From: a virus
Lineage: Duplodnaviria; Heunggongvirae; Uroviricota; Caudoviricetes
IMG/VR virus record: IMGVR_UViG_2537561715_000005
DNA length: 9,557 bases
Strand: one strand, 5' to 3'
The translations under genes were made by a program, and so were the position numbers. Within the stretch, counting starts at the first letter, position 1. Each line of letters starts with the position of its first letter. The notes beneath the pieces are model-generated. The model was not told the origin of the DNA. It saw only the letters and a list, made by a program, of their open reading frames with translations, and did no database searches. Shown piece by piece: positions 1 through 8,495 of this stretch.

Positions 1-301
1 CAAACCAGCCTATAAGCCCTTTCTGACCTTCTTCTCCCGGTTTCCAGGCCAGCGTAAAACTGGTATCTCCTGCAGACTTCTGCCCCTGCCCGGTCGCGGT
101 CCAGTCCGCGTCTTCATCATCCAGGTAGTTATCATCGTAGGGTTCTGCCGTCATCTCGCCCGGCGTCAGATCCTTCACCTTAGCCAGTCGCTGCCAGTCA
201 TCGTCTGACAACGGGTTTGCATAAGCATCACCCTTGCCGTTGTAAACCCACAGAGTGGTACCGGCACCTTTTACCGGCTCAAGGGGATTTGGTGTTGCCA
301 T
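1..301 (-). CDS. V: Major tail protein, gpV-like; 5' part only (first ~100 codons), continues beyond the window start
   Basis: Reverse-strand translation from ATG at 301..299 gives [86 protein letters not shown]..., near-identical in long blocks to lambda gpV N-terminus as I recall it. GAGGA Shine-Dalgarno lies just upstream of the ATG. Not in the ORF track because it is truncated by the window edge. Confidence 0.85.
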   Translation of the reverse strand, partial: MATPNPLEPVKGAGTTLWVYNGKGDAYANPLSDDDWQRLAKVKDLTPGEMTAEPYDDNYLDDEDADWTATGQGQKSAGDTSFTLAWKPGEEGQKGLIGWF

Positions 302-308
302 ATCGTCC

Positions 309-707
309 TCACATCTCGTAGGTAATTTTCCACAGGAGATCTGCCGATCCCCACATCATAAACTCATCATCCCGGCGGTAGTCATACCCCTGAAGATTCA
401 TCTTCAGCAGTAATGCACTGAGCCCGGGAACTGCCTCCAGCGCAGGAAGAATTTTTTCTTCCATCCACATATCCAGTGCCGAGTCCGGTTCTTTTGCCCT
501 GAGAAAAACCTCAATATGCAGTGTCGCCTCCCAGGTTCCCTCATCAACGAACTCGTCAGCAGCAGACGCATCTGTCAGGTAAACAGCAACAGCAGGCAGT
601 TCCTGTTCATCAATAAAAACCGGGCGACCGTCAAACCAGCTCACCCTCTCAGAAATATTTTCTTTCAGGGCAGACAGAACTGCCGCCCGTATTTCACGGT
701 GTTTCAT
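309..707 (-). CDS. U: Minor tail protein U (tail terminator), lambda gpU-like
   Basis: 132 aa ORF. N-terminus [11 protein letters not shown] and C-terminus GYDYRRDD...ITYEM match lambda gpU as recalled. Sits in the lambda-syntenic position between Z and V. Confidence 0.9.
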   Translation of the reverse strand: MKHREIRAAVLSALKENISERVSWFDGRPVFIDEQELPAVAVYLTDASAADEFVDEGTWEATLHIEVFLRAKEPDSALDMWMEEKILPALEAVPGLSALLLKMNLQGYDYRRDDEFMMWGSADLLWKITYEM

Positions 708-719
708 ACACCCTCCCAG

Positions 720-1349
720 TCATTTTCTTTTCAGCACCAGGCGTAACTGATGCGTCATGGCTTTCATCATCTGCGCCGGTAATTTTTCCCGGTACATCCG
801 GTCCCGTTCACGTTCAAAGGTTTCTGCCAGCGGTCCGGCAGTCGTAATCTTCACCACTTCGATCGGCAGACGGTGGCGTTTCGGCCTCCCTTTGCTGTCC
901 GCGCCGGTGGATGATGATGCCCACGGCATACGCTGCATCACATGCCAGCGTCCGTTAGCCAGCCGGGTGATAAAGGCGTCCGGGATCCGTCTTTTCCCCA
1001 CAATCAGCACACTGCCGCCCCCTTTCAGGGCCGCACGCTGTCCTTTCTTTCTCCGTTTTCTGCGGGAAAGTCGAACGCGGGCCTCCCCCAGTTTGATGGC
1101 GGGCAGGTTGCCGGTATTGATGTAAACCTTTGCGTAAACCTTATCCGGTCGTGCCGGACTTAACCGGATGCGGGCACGGATAAGACGACGGGGAACGGCC
1201 AGCTCCCTGGCAACTGAAGAGGCCGTTTTCGCAATAATGGCCCCCGCCACTCGGTTCAGTGTCGTGGCAGAGGCCCGGGGAACGGCACGGCGATCAATTG
1301 CATCCAGATTTTTCATGGCCTGCGCCAGACCTTTTATTGCCATACTCAT
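720..1349 (-). CDS. Z: Tail completion protein Z, lambda gpZ-like
   Basis: 209 aa ORF. Motifs MAIKGL, LPAIKLGEARV, RRKRRKKGQRAALKGGGSVL, NGRWHVMQR and HQLRLVLKR parallel lambda gpZ. ATGA start/stop overlap with the upstream gene at 1346-1349. Confidence 0.9.
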   Translation of the reverse strand: MSMAIKGLAQAMKNLDAIDRRAVPRASATTLNRVAGAIIAKTASSVARELAVPRRLIRARIRLSPARPDKVYAKVYINTGNLPAIKLGEARVRLSRRKRRKKGQRAALKGGGSVLIVGKRRIPDAFITRLANGRWHVMQRMPWASSSTGADSKGRPKRHRLPIEVVKITTAGPLAETFERERDRMYREKLPAQMMKAMTHQLRLVLKRK

Positions 1350-1627
1350 TCCTGTTCGACAAAAATCCGGGGTTTACCGTTGTACGTGTCATAACGGGTC
1401 ACCGTCAGTGTGCGCCCCGCAAACACAACAACATCATGACGGGCCGGACGGTACCGGGCTGAAAACACCACCAGTGACAACTGGCTGCCCGAAAGCGCCC
1501 CCATCTCCGCGGACTCTTCCTCCGGCATCACGTCGTACACGACGCCGTTAATCTCCGCCTGTTTGCCCATCACCCGAACGGTCGCCACGTCCATCCGGCA
1601 ACACATTCGCGTAAACAGATCAGACAT
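1346..1627 (-). CDS. Small head-completion / head-tail joining protein in the FII position (function inferred from synteny only)
   Basis: 93 aa ORF in the late-operon orientation, 8-nt overlap with the upstream gene and 4-nt ATGA overlap with Z. Position matches lambda FII (immediately before Z). No convincing sequence identity to lambda FII recognised by eye. Confidence 0.55.
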   Translation of the reverse strand: MSDLFTRMCCRMDVATVRVMGKQAEINGVVYDVMPEEESAEMGALSGSQLSLVVFSARYRPARHDVVVFAGRTLTVTRYDTYNGKPRIFVEQE

Positions 1628-1946
1628 TGATTTTTACCGCCACAGTGGCGCTGTTTGCAGGGGCATTTTCCCAGGCTACCCCCGCTGCCACCGCACCGTC
1701 TGCAGCCAGCTGCACAACCCCGTCCTTCAGATAAACCACCGCGCCGGACTGAATGTCGTCAGCAGACTGTTTGGGCAGCAGGAACACGCCTTCGGCAAAA
1801 CCGTCACCGGCCTCACCGGCAGGAATATCGGTAATGGCCACGGCCACCATACTGCCGACCACCACCGCAGCACCGCTCAGGATGGTCTGATCTCCGGCAT
1901 TCACCAGTTCAATGGTGGTACCGTCCTGTACAAAATTTTTCGCCAT
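1620..1946 (-). CDS. Small Ala/Gly/Val-rich putative capsid decoration/cement protein (DUF2190-like as far as I can recall)
   Basis: 108 aa ORF directly downstream of the capsid gene, with GGAG-type RBS upstream of ATG at 1946. Low-complexity A/G/V-rich composition typical of small head accessory proteins. Function assigned by position and composition, not by proven homology. Confidence 0.6.
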   Translation of the reverse strand: MAKNFVQDGTTIELVNAGDQTILSGAAVVVGSMVAVAITDIPAGEAGDGFAEGVFLLPKQSADDIQSGAVVYLKDGVVQLAADGAVAAGVAWENAPANSATVAVKINV

Positions 1947-1963
1947 AATGCTGTTTCTCCGGA

Positions 1964-1985
1964 CAGCCCCTGTGGGGCTGTTTTT
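1964..1985 (+). terminator. Plus-strand GC-rich hairpin followed by T5 (intrinsic-terminator-like); on the minus-strand mRNA it is a stem-loop just 5' of the decoration gene
   Basis: CAGCCCC-TGT-GGGGCTG (7-bp stem, 3-nt loop) at 1964-1980 followed by TTTTT at 1981-1985. Confidence 0.35.
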
Positions 1986-1992
1986 CAGGCAT

Positions 1993-2012
1993 AAAAAAAG
2001 CCCTTTCGGGCA
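1993..2012 (-). terminator. Minus-strand hairpin with GAAA tetraloop followed by T7, immediately 3' of the capsid gene (partial terminator or mRNA-stabilising element)
   Basis: Minus-strand sequence GCCC-GAAA-GGGC then TTTTTTT, about 22 nt after the capsid TGA stop (2034-2036). Stem is only 4 bp, so termination would be weak. Confidence 0.35.
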
Positions 2013-2033
2013 GTGATTGTGATAACGCGGTTA

Positions 2034-4058
2034 TCAGGCCACCGACGAACGCACCAGCCCGCGCCAGTCAAGTGGTGCCACTCCGGCATCAATACGGATT
2101 TTTGTGGCAATGCCGTCAGTGGTGAAACCTTCCTGCTGATCAATGTATGGCGTGTCCACACCATCCAGCCAGGCCACTTCAATGGTGTCAGTGCCCTGTG
2201 CCGCCGCCAGATACCAGGTTTTCGGGTCTGCCGCATCAAGACGCGCTTCTGCAATCACCTCAGCAAAGTTCTGGATAGGGTTAATGACACCGGCGTTTGC
2301 ATCCGCCCCTTTCACACTGGCCGATTTGATGGTCTGGTTCGCCACCGTCTCCAGTGCCACCGGTACCAGCATAAAGGCCGGACGGATATTCAGGGCACGA
2401 TCGCCTTCTTTCTGCAGGCGCATCATCTGACGGGCCGCATCCAGTCCGGAAACGGAGATCCCCCCGGTGGCAATATTTTTGTGATCGGCATGGAACAGCG
2501 CCTTACCGTCGGACAGTTTCGGGTTATCCGTCAGCACCTTGTAGACCAGGTCACCAATCGTTGCCTTCGCCGCACGCCCCATCTTCATCGGCACGTCCAC
2601 CAGCATATTCAGATCATCATTGATAATGGCCTGGCGGGTGATGGAGAAAATCTCCCCGTAAGTGGCCAGTGCAATGGTCTCCTTGCGATCTGAGGTGGTG
2701 ATGTATTTATACTCCGCCCCCTCACGAACCTGGCGCAGAGAACCAAAACCGCCCATCCCCACGCGATACGCTGTTTTGAAGTCTGACAGGCGTCCCTTAC
2801 GGGTCCACTTCTGGAAGGTTTCTTCTGATTCCTCCCAGCCCTGGATCAGCCCCTTGTTCGACACATCCAGCAGAATATTGCCAAAATCAGAGGTGCTGTG
2901 CGTCAGCGCCAGCCCGACCATCTGCATGGGGTTATAACTGGCCACCCCAATACCGCGCTCCGTCAGTGACATGCGAGCCCATTCACGCAGGGTCATCCCG
3001 TTATAGGCGTTATCCTTCTCGACATTTTCAAATCCGGCACGGGCCAGCATCGCCTGGCGGATCCCGTCCCCCACAAAATTGCCGTTTCCGGCATAAATAT
3101 GGGCCGGTGTATTTTTGTTGGTCGGCGAGGACTCCTTGCCCATTTCATTCAGCAGACGTTCACGGGCCATTTCCAGCGAACAGTCAGGATCAGCCACGCA
3201 CTGTGCCTGAAGCGTCTGATAGCGACCGCCGAACATGGCAAACAGATCGTTAATGCCTGACATGCGGGCTTTCTGCTCAGCCATAACGCGGGCGCGAATG
3301 GTCGCCTCATCAGACACTGCCGGTACCGGTGATGGTTCTGTTACCGCCGGTGCAGGGATTGTCACTGTGGTATCACGCGGGGCACTGTTGCGTGGCGGAG
3401 TAATCATGTTTCGGATGGATTCCGGCATCTTTTTAAATTCCTCTGTACGTTTTGACTGAATACATGCCATTGCCTCAACAGCGGGTGTCACCTGGTCAGC
3501 AAATCCGTGTGCCAGACATTCGGCACCGGACATCCAGGTTTCATCCGCCAGCATGGCGGCAATTTCATCGGTGGTTTTTCCGGTTTTCTGCGCATAGGCT
3601 GGCAACAGTACCGATTCGACTTTATCCAGCAAATCGGCATAACTGCGCATATCCTCAGCATCCCCGCCACTGAATCCCCATGGCTTATGGATCATCATGA
3701 AGGCATTTTCCGGCATAATGACCGTATCACCGGCCATCGCAATCACAGATGCCATCGAGGCGGCAACGCCATCCACATACACGGTAATGGTCGCCCCCTG
3801 ATTTTTCAGGGCATTAAAAATGGCGATGCCTTCAAAGACATCGCCACCCGGTGAATTGATATGGAGATTAATGTGGGTGATATCACCCAGTGCATTCAGT
3901 TCGCTGACAAACTGCTTCGCGGTAACTCCCCAGAAACCAATCTCGTCATAAATATAAATATCCGCGTCACCCGGCCCCCCAGCTTGCATCCTGAACCAGG
4001 ATTTATTCTTCATGCTGGCTTTCGGTGTCGCGCTGATACTGTCGTTCAGTTCCGGCAC
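2034..4058 (-). CDS. Tripartite capsid polyprotein: ClpP-like (S14) prohead protease + Pro/Ala-rich scaffold-like linker + major capsid protein domain
   Basis: Long ORF (track 2034..4205, 723 aa). N-terminal part has ClpP-like motifs DADIYIYDEIG, INSPGGDV, ASMAS (putative catalytic Ser) and MMIHKP (putative catalytic His). C-terminal ~360 aa is a large capsid-type domain. The track's first start (4205) would overlap the portal gene by 203 nt. I prefer GTG at 4058..4056, preceded by a perfect AAGGAGG (4064-4070) with 5-nt spacing. ATG at 4013 is an alternative with a weak RBS. Confidence 0.85.
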   Translation of the reverse strand: MPELNDSISATPKASMKNKSWFRMQAGGPGDADIYIYDEIGFWGVTAKQFVSELNALGDITHINLHINSPGGDVFEGIAIFNALKNQGATITVYVDGVAASMASVIAMAGDTVIMPENAFMMIHKPWGFSGGDAEDMRSYADLLDKVESVLLPAYAQKTGKTTDEIAAMLADETWMSGAECLAHGFADQVTPAVEAMACIQSKRTEEFKKMPESIRNMITPPRNSAPRDTTVTIPAPAVTEPSPVPAVSDEATIRARVMAEQKARMSGINDLFAMFGGRYQTLQAQCVADPDCSLEMARERLLNEMGKESSPTNKNTPAHIYAGNGNFVGDGIRQAMLARAGFENVEKDNAYNGMTLREWARMSLTERGIGVASYNPMQMVGLALTHSTSDFGNILLDVSNKGLIQGWEESEETFQKWTRKGRLSDFKTAYRVGMGGFGSLRQVREGAEYKYITTSDRKETIALATYGEIFSITRQAIINDDLNMLVDVPMKMGRAAKATIGDLVYKVLTDNPKLSDGKALFHADHKNIATGGISVSGLDAARQMMRLQKEGDRALNIRPAFMLVPVALETVANQTIKSASVKGADANAGVINPIQNFAEVIAEARLDAADPKTWYLAAAQGTDTIEVAWLDGVDTPYIDQQEGFTTDGIATKIRIDAGVAPLDWRGLVRSSVA

Positions 4059-5505
4059 TGTTGCCTCCTTTGTCGTTGACGGGGTCAGTATCAAAGACCA
4101 GCCCCAGTCTGCTGTTTTCATCAATTTCAGCCTTGCGGCGACGTTTGACCTCATCCGGATTGCACCCACCGGCACGCACCCAGTCAGATTCTGTCGCTGC
4201 ACCACCCCGGATCTGAATTCTCCAGGCTTCAGCTTCCTTAACCGGGTCGATCCACGGCATCACCGGACCGGAATACGTCGCGTTATATAGCGTTTTCATC
4301 TCCACATCCGCCGGAATTTTCAGCAGACCTGCCGCAACCACCATATTCAGCCATGTCCGGTACACCGGGCGGGTTACCGCGCCAATAAAACAGTCCTGCA
4401 GGATCAGGTAACCATCCGTGGACTCGACCAGCTCCTGCCGCTGGGCGCTGTAGGTGCCGTTATAGTTACGCGCCGCACTGGAAAAACTCAGACGACTGCC
4501 TGCTGCCACTGCACGCAACTGGCCGTTGCGGAAAGTTTCAAGGTTGGGATTGGGACGGTCAGATTTGACCATGCCGATATCCTCGCCCTTGCGCAAATCG
4601 TCATAAATAATACCCGGGGTGATATGGACTTCCCGCTCGGTCTCTTTGATCCCCGGATCTTCATAGTCCTGTCCGTCACCTTTACGGATATACAGTCCCA
4701 GCGCCGCAGCAATACGCGCCGCTGTCAGTTCCGCATCCTCATACTCCTTAAGGGCACTGATCCGCATCAGCACCCCCGATAACATGGATGAGCCTCGCGT
4801 CTGATGCAGACGACGAGTGAACTTCAGGTGGATCATTTTTCCGGCAGCGATTTCTTTCGTATCACTCTGCCGGCCGCTGACCGGATAATTTTTATAAACC
4901 AGATATTTTTTCGGTCTTCCCCACTCATCAAGAAAAACCCCCTGATTCAGTCCGGCGGATTCATCAGTGCGCATGGGAACAAAATCCGGCTCCATCGCCT
5001 CAAGCCAGAATGGCACTCCCGCCGTCCGTTCCAGACCGTTTCCCGCACCACTGACCATCTGCGCAAACACTTCACCATCCCGCAGCCAGGTCCGCAGCAG
5101 TAAACGTTCAAGCACAGGACGGGTATACTGCCCTGTCACATCCGGACTCACGGACCATTCAGCCCACAAACGGCGGATATCCGCAGCCAGCTCAGCCGCC
5201 ATTTCCCCGTTTTTTCGTAATGGCTGAGGCTCCACAATAATTCCCCTGGCACCAATCACCCGCTCTTCCAGCTTGTCAAACACACCAATCACCAGGTCAT
5301 GATTGATATCCAGAAAACGGGCCTGCTCCCGCAGGGAAACCGCACCGTATTTACTGAGCTGATCAGCAGAGCGATTTTCCCGCCGGGCTTTATGTGTCCG
5401 GGTCGGTTTCACCGCCTCATAGGCCATGATTAACGCCCTTGAACGCAGTCTGGCTGCTTTCCACCCGGGGGAAAACACGCCGATCACATCATCAATAATT
5501 GCCAT
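4003..5505 (-). CDS. B: Portal protein, lambda gpB family
   Basis: 500 aa ORF between the W-like gene and the capsid gene. C-terminal-half motif SAARNYNGTYSAQR resembles lambda gpB ...LSRNYAQMSYSTARAS.... Start ATG overlaps the W stop (TAATG at 5503-5507). Confidence 0.9.
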   Translation of the reverse strand: MAIIDDVIGVFSPGWKAARLRSRALIMAYEAVKPTRTHKARRENRSADQLSKYGAVSLREQARFLDINHDLVIGVFDKLEERVIGARGIIVEPQPLRKNGEMAAELAADIRRLWAEWSVSPDVTGQYTRPVLERLLLRTWLRDGEVFAQMVSGAGNGLERTAGVPFWLEAMEPDFVPMRTDESAGLNQGVFLDEWGRPKKYLVYKNYPVSGRQSDTKEIAAGKMIHLKFTRRLHQTRGSSMLSGVLMRISALKEYEDAELTAARIAAALGLYIRKGDGQDYEDPGIKETEREVHITPGIIYDDLRKGEDIGMVKSDRPNPNLETFRNGQLRAVAAGSRLSFSSAARNYNGTYSAQRQELVESTDGYLILQDCFIGAVTRPVYRTWLNMVVAAGLLKIPADVEMKTLYNATYSGPVMPWIDPVKEAEAWRIQIRGGAATESDWVRAGGCNPDEVKRRRKAEIDENSRLGLVFDTDPVNDKGGNSAGTERQYQRDTESQHEE

Positions 5506-5717
5506 TAAAACCTCGCCAGTTTAAATCCCGGTTTTCCCCGCCTGCGGCTCACCATCGCGGCAAGCCTGCGTTCCCACTCCTGACGTCCGGCGCGGATCTG
5601 AGAAAGGCTTTCCAGCGTCAGTTGCTGCCCGTTGAAGATGACAGACTTTCCCTCCAGTACGGCCATTTCCGCTTCACGGTACCGCTGTATCATTTCTCTG
5701 GCTTCTTCTGTGCTCAC
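5505..5717 (-). CDS. W: Head-tail joining / head stabilisation protein, lambda gpW-like
   Basis: C-terminal SRRRGKPGF matches lambda gpW ...QRRRGPAGF. I prefer the GTG start at 5717..5715 (about 70 aa, lambda W is 68 aa), because it has an AGGAGG RBS 6 nt upstream and forms a GTGA start/stop overlap with the terminase stop. The ORF track's longer version begins at ATG 5741 (78 aa). Confidence 0.75.
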   Translation of the reverse strand: MSTEEAREMIQRYREAEMAVLEGKSVIFNGQQLTLESLSQIRAGRQEWERRLAAMVSRRRGKPGFKLARF

Positions 5718-7837
5718 AACCAGCCTCCTGATGTTATCCATGGATTATCTTCCGCACGCTCCGTCCGCAGTTTTTTCTTCCGGCGACGGCGTTTTTCTGC
5801 CCCGGCCGTCAGTTCCGGGGATACCGTTTCACCAGAACGCTCCTGCGGGAAGACGAGCCACGTTTCCCGCTGTGCCCAGTCCGGTGCGGAGGGCCAGCGG
5901 ATCTTTTCGTAACCATGCAGAACGGCAAGCGCATCCGCATAAACCAGCAGGTCAAACGCTTCGTTAGCGCCCCTGCCCGGTTTTCGCCATTTTCCGTCAC
6001 TGCCGCGCTCTTCATAGGTCAGCTCATCGTAAAACCACCGCCCCAGCCAGTCGGGAAAGTGGATATAGTTCGGCCCTGGTGTGTCACGCCACAGGGCATT
6101 ATTTACACGATCCTTAAACGCATCCGTCTGAACCAGCCACAGCGCGACATCGCCACTGGCTCTGGCACGGCGGGCACTTCTGCCGGTATTATCCGGGAAG
6201 GTTCGGTTAATCAGCCTGTCACGGCGAAGTCCATCCCCCTTGAACAGAAACACCCTGTTGCCCAGTCCGTCACTCCGGCAACGACGCCAGAAACGATAGG
6301 CGTTATCTGTCACCCCGGCTTCCCCTCCCGTATCCACCGCCATGGCCATCAGACGCATGCGCACATCCGGATCAGAAGCCAGCGGCCATGTTTTATGGAA
6401 CACATCCGTCAGCAACAAATCCCAGTCCTCCGGATATGCCGCCGGATCAACCGGCAGACTTTCACCGTTGGGACTGCAGCGCAGTGAATGCCGGATGTTG
6501 TAGCGATCAACAATCCAGCGTTCCCCCTGCTCTCCGTATCCGGTGATCTGCACAACAAAACGGCGATTTTTACCGCCCTGTACGTCAACCGTTGCCTCAA
6601 TAAAACGCACACCATCCGGCACAGATCGCCGGGGAAACGGCTCGGCACGCTGTTCAAGCAGTTCACTTTTACGCTGTTCCGTGGCTGAACGGGGCAGATA
6701 GGGTCGTCCGATATCGGTGTTCACCACCGCTTTCAGGGTCTCTTCACTGCCGGTTCGCTCATACTCTTCTTCTGCCGCCAGCAGTTTAAAAATCAGTTGT
6801 TCCCAGGTCTGAAACGCCGCAGCTGGCCCCTCCATCCAAAATGACGCAATCCGGGAGTTTCGTGGCGTTCCGGTGATACTGCCGTCCGCCGCCGCCCGTT
6901 CACCTTCACGAAGCCAGATCCCCTGGTTATTCAGTTCGCGTTTCTGCTCAGGGGCAATCAGCCCGCGACAATGCGGACACATCAGACGGGCAGCCTGACC
7001 GGCAGCCACAAAATCCGGGTTATTCCGGTATCCGGTCATGTTATCCATCACCGGCTGAAAATATTCCCCGCAGTGCGGACACGGCCAGTACCACCGGCGG
7101 CGGTCTCCCCGGTTATACAGTGACAGGATCCCCGTTGTTGGCGGTGCCTCATGTGCGCCACCACAACGCCATTTGGTATCGGTGATATCCCGCCCCGGTG
7201 AACTCTCGACCAGGGTCATCCCCGAGGACATAAAGGTGGTGGTACGCTTTGAGGCCAGCGTGAAGGCATCCCCTTCCCCGTCCACATTTTCAGGGAAACG
7301 GTCATAATCCGTCAGCGCCACACGACGGTAATCCGAAGAGGAAAAGACGGTGATCGACGGCCAGCCAATCTTCAGGAAGGAGCCGTCAAGAAACATTTTA
7401 TCGTGGACGTTGTTGTCATTACGGGAAGGACTGAGGCGCTTGCTGACCTCCGGACTGTGGCGAAACGTCCTGGAAAGACGCGTTCTGGAATGCTCACGCG
7501 CCTTCGTCTCAGTCATCTGCACCACCAGCATATCCGCCGGATCACAGATGATGCCGTACACAATCCAGCCATCAATCAGCCCTTCGGTTTTCCCGGTTCG
7601 CGCAGGTCCCACAAACACCACCGCGTCATATTCACGGGCTGATAATGTATTAATGGGGTCAATCATATAGGGCGTCAGCGATGACTCCCACGGACCGGAA
7701 GTATTGGCTCCCCGTGGAACCCGCATATAACGCCTGATGGCTTCCGCTACTGGTAACCGGCTGGGTGGGCGAAACAGCGAGGCCACTTCGCGCCAGATAT
7801 CGGATGCGCGGCTATGGCTCTCGTTCACCTGATTCAC
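5714..7837 (-). CDS. A: Terminase large subunit, lambda gpA family
   Basis: 707 aa ORF. Cys/His pairs (CPHCGEYF, CPHCRG) and overall layout resemble lambda gpA. Starts with GTG at 7837..7835, overlapping the small-subunit TGA stop (7834-7836). Basic C-terminal tail KRRRRKKK. Confidence 0.92.
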   Translation of the reverse strand: MNQVNESHSRASDIWREVASLFRPPSRLPVAEAIRRYMRVPRGANTSGPWESSLTPYMIDPINTLSAREYDAVVFVGPARTGKTEGLIDGWIVYGIICDPADMLVVQMTETKAREHSRTRLSRTFRHSPEVSKRLSPSRNDNNVHDKMFLDGSFLKIGWPSITVFSSSDYRRVALTDYDRFPENVDGEGDAFTLASKRTTTFMSSGMTLVESSPGRDITDTKWRCGGAHEAPPTTGILSLYNRGDRRRWYWPCPHCGEYFQPVMDNMTGYRNNPDFVAAGQAARLMCPHCRGLIAPEQKRELNNQGIWLREGERAAADGSITGTPRNSRIASFWMEGPAAAFQTWEQLIFKLLAAEEEYERTGSEETLKAVVNTDIGRPYLPRSATEQRKSELLEQRAEPFPRRSVPDGVRFIEATVDVQGGKNRRFVVQITGYGEQGERWIVDRYNIRHSLRCSPNGESLPVDPAAYPEDWDLLLTDVFHKTWPLASDPDVRMRLMAMAVDTGGEAGVTDNAYRFWRRCRSDGLGNRVFLFKGDGLRRDRLINRTFPDNTGRSARRARASGDVALWLVQTDAFKDRVNNALWRDTPGPNYIHFPDWLGRWFYDELTYEERGSDGKWRKPGRGANEAFDLLVYADALAVLHGYEKIRWPSAPDWAQRETWLVFPQERSGETVSPELTAGAEKRRRRKKKLRTERAEDNPWITSGGWL

Positions 7838-8310
7838 ATATCGGCCTCATCACAACAGTCAATGACTGCCTTTTCCAGTGTGTCGCGGATCTCATCAACC
7901 ACAATCTGTACTTCATTCAGTTGTGATGCAGTCCACCCCCTGTCCCTCTCCAGCCGGTCAGGCCAGGTTTCCAGTACCTGAACTATCGCTTTCACCACGA
8001 CAGAAAAGGACCGCCTGACATCACTGACTGGCACAAGCTGAACAGTTTCATGCTGAAATTTAAGACGCTCGCGCTCGGACTGATACCATGCCTTACGAGC
8101 GTGAGGATCCATATCCTCATCTTCGGAAGATGGTGGTTTTTCCAGCAACGAAGTTATCAAATCCGTCAGGAGATACAGTTTTTTCTTTTCATTACTGCCT
8201 GGTGCAAGAGGAACATCCGCCATTCTGGCGGCAACAGTCTGCCGGTGCAGACCTGAAAGGGCTGCCAGTTGATTAATATTTAACTTCATATTTTTCAGCT
8301 CGCCGTCCAT
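7834..8310 (-). CDS. Terminase small subunit, Nu1-like (N-terminal winged-HTH DNA-binding region)
   Basis: 158 aa ORF immediately upstream of the large terminase. Residues MKLNINQLAALSGLHRQTVAARM follow the same pattern as lambda Nu1 MEVNKKQLADIFGASIRTIQNW. Strong RBS GGAGGG lies 6 nt before ATG 8310. An alternative start at ATG 8289 would match the lambda Nu1 N-terminus more closely. Gene begins about 200 bp from the candidate cosN, as in lambda (Nu1 starts about 190 bp from cosN). Confidence 0.8.
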   Translation of the reverse strand: MDGELKNMKLNINQLAALSGLHRQTVAARMADVPLAPGSNEKKKLYLLTDLITSLLEKPPSSEDEDMDPHARKAWYQSERERLKFQHETVQLVPVSDVRRSFSVVVKAIVQVLETWPDRLERDRGWTASQLNEVQIVVDEIRDTLEKAVIDCCDEADM

Positions 8311-8392
8311 TTACATCCCTCCACATAAACCGCAGAACAGAAGTGACTCTGTTTTTTTGTAAAGAAATGCCGCCATATAAAGATGTCGAACA

Positions 8393-8443
8393 AAAAACAA
8401 CCACAATCATCATCTTTTTAATACTAACAGCATTAAAAACAAC
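8393..8443 (-). repeat. Two direct copies of GTTGTTTTT (minus strand) 42 bp apart in the AT-rich cosB-like interval; candidate small-terminase/IHF-associated elements
   Basis: Minus-strand GTTGTTTTT at 8393-8401 and 8435-8443 (plus strand AAAAACAAC), lying between candidate cosN and the terminase small subunit start. Confidence 0.3.
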
Positions 8444-8495
8444 AAGTTACCATCATGATGATGATGACGATAAAATCACAAAAATGCGCCTTTTT

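Noticed and set aside
2013..2693. 226-aa plus-strand ORF
   Set aside because: Lies entirely antisense to the capsid coding region with Arg/His/Cys-rich, low-plausibility composition and no RBS context. Typical shadow ORF opposite a GC-rich gene.
4059..4205. N-terminal extension of the capsid ORF to the first in-frame start at 4205
   Set aside because: Would overlap the portal gene by about 200 nt. A downstream GTG with a perfect AAGGAGG RBS (or ATG 4013) gives a far more conventional junction.
5915..6487. 190-aa plus-strand ORF (plus other plus-strand ORFs at 1563-1994, 3507-3854, 5499-5967, 7350-7670)
   Set aside because: All are antisense to well-supported minus-strand structural genes and interrupt the otherwise uniform operon orientation. 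Treated as shadow ORFs.
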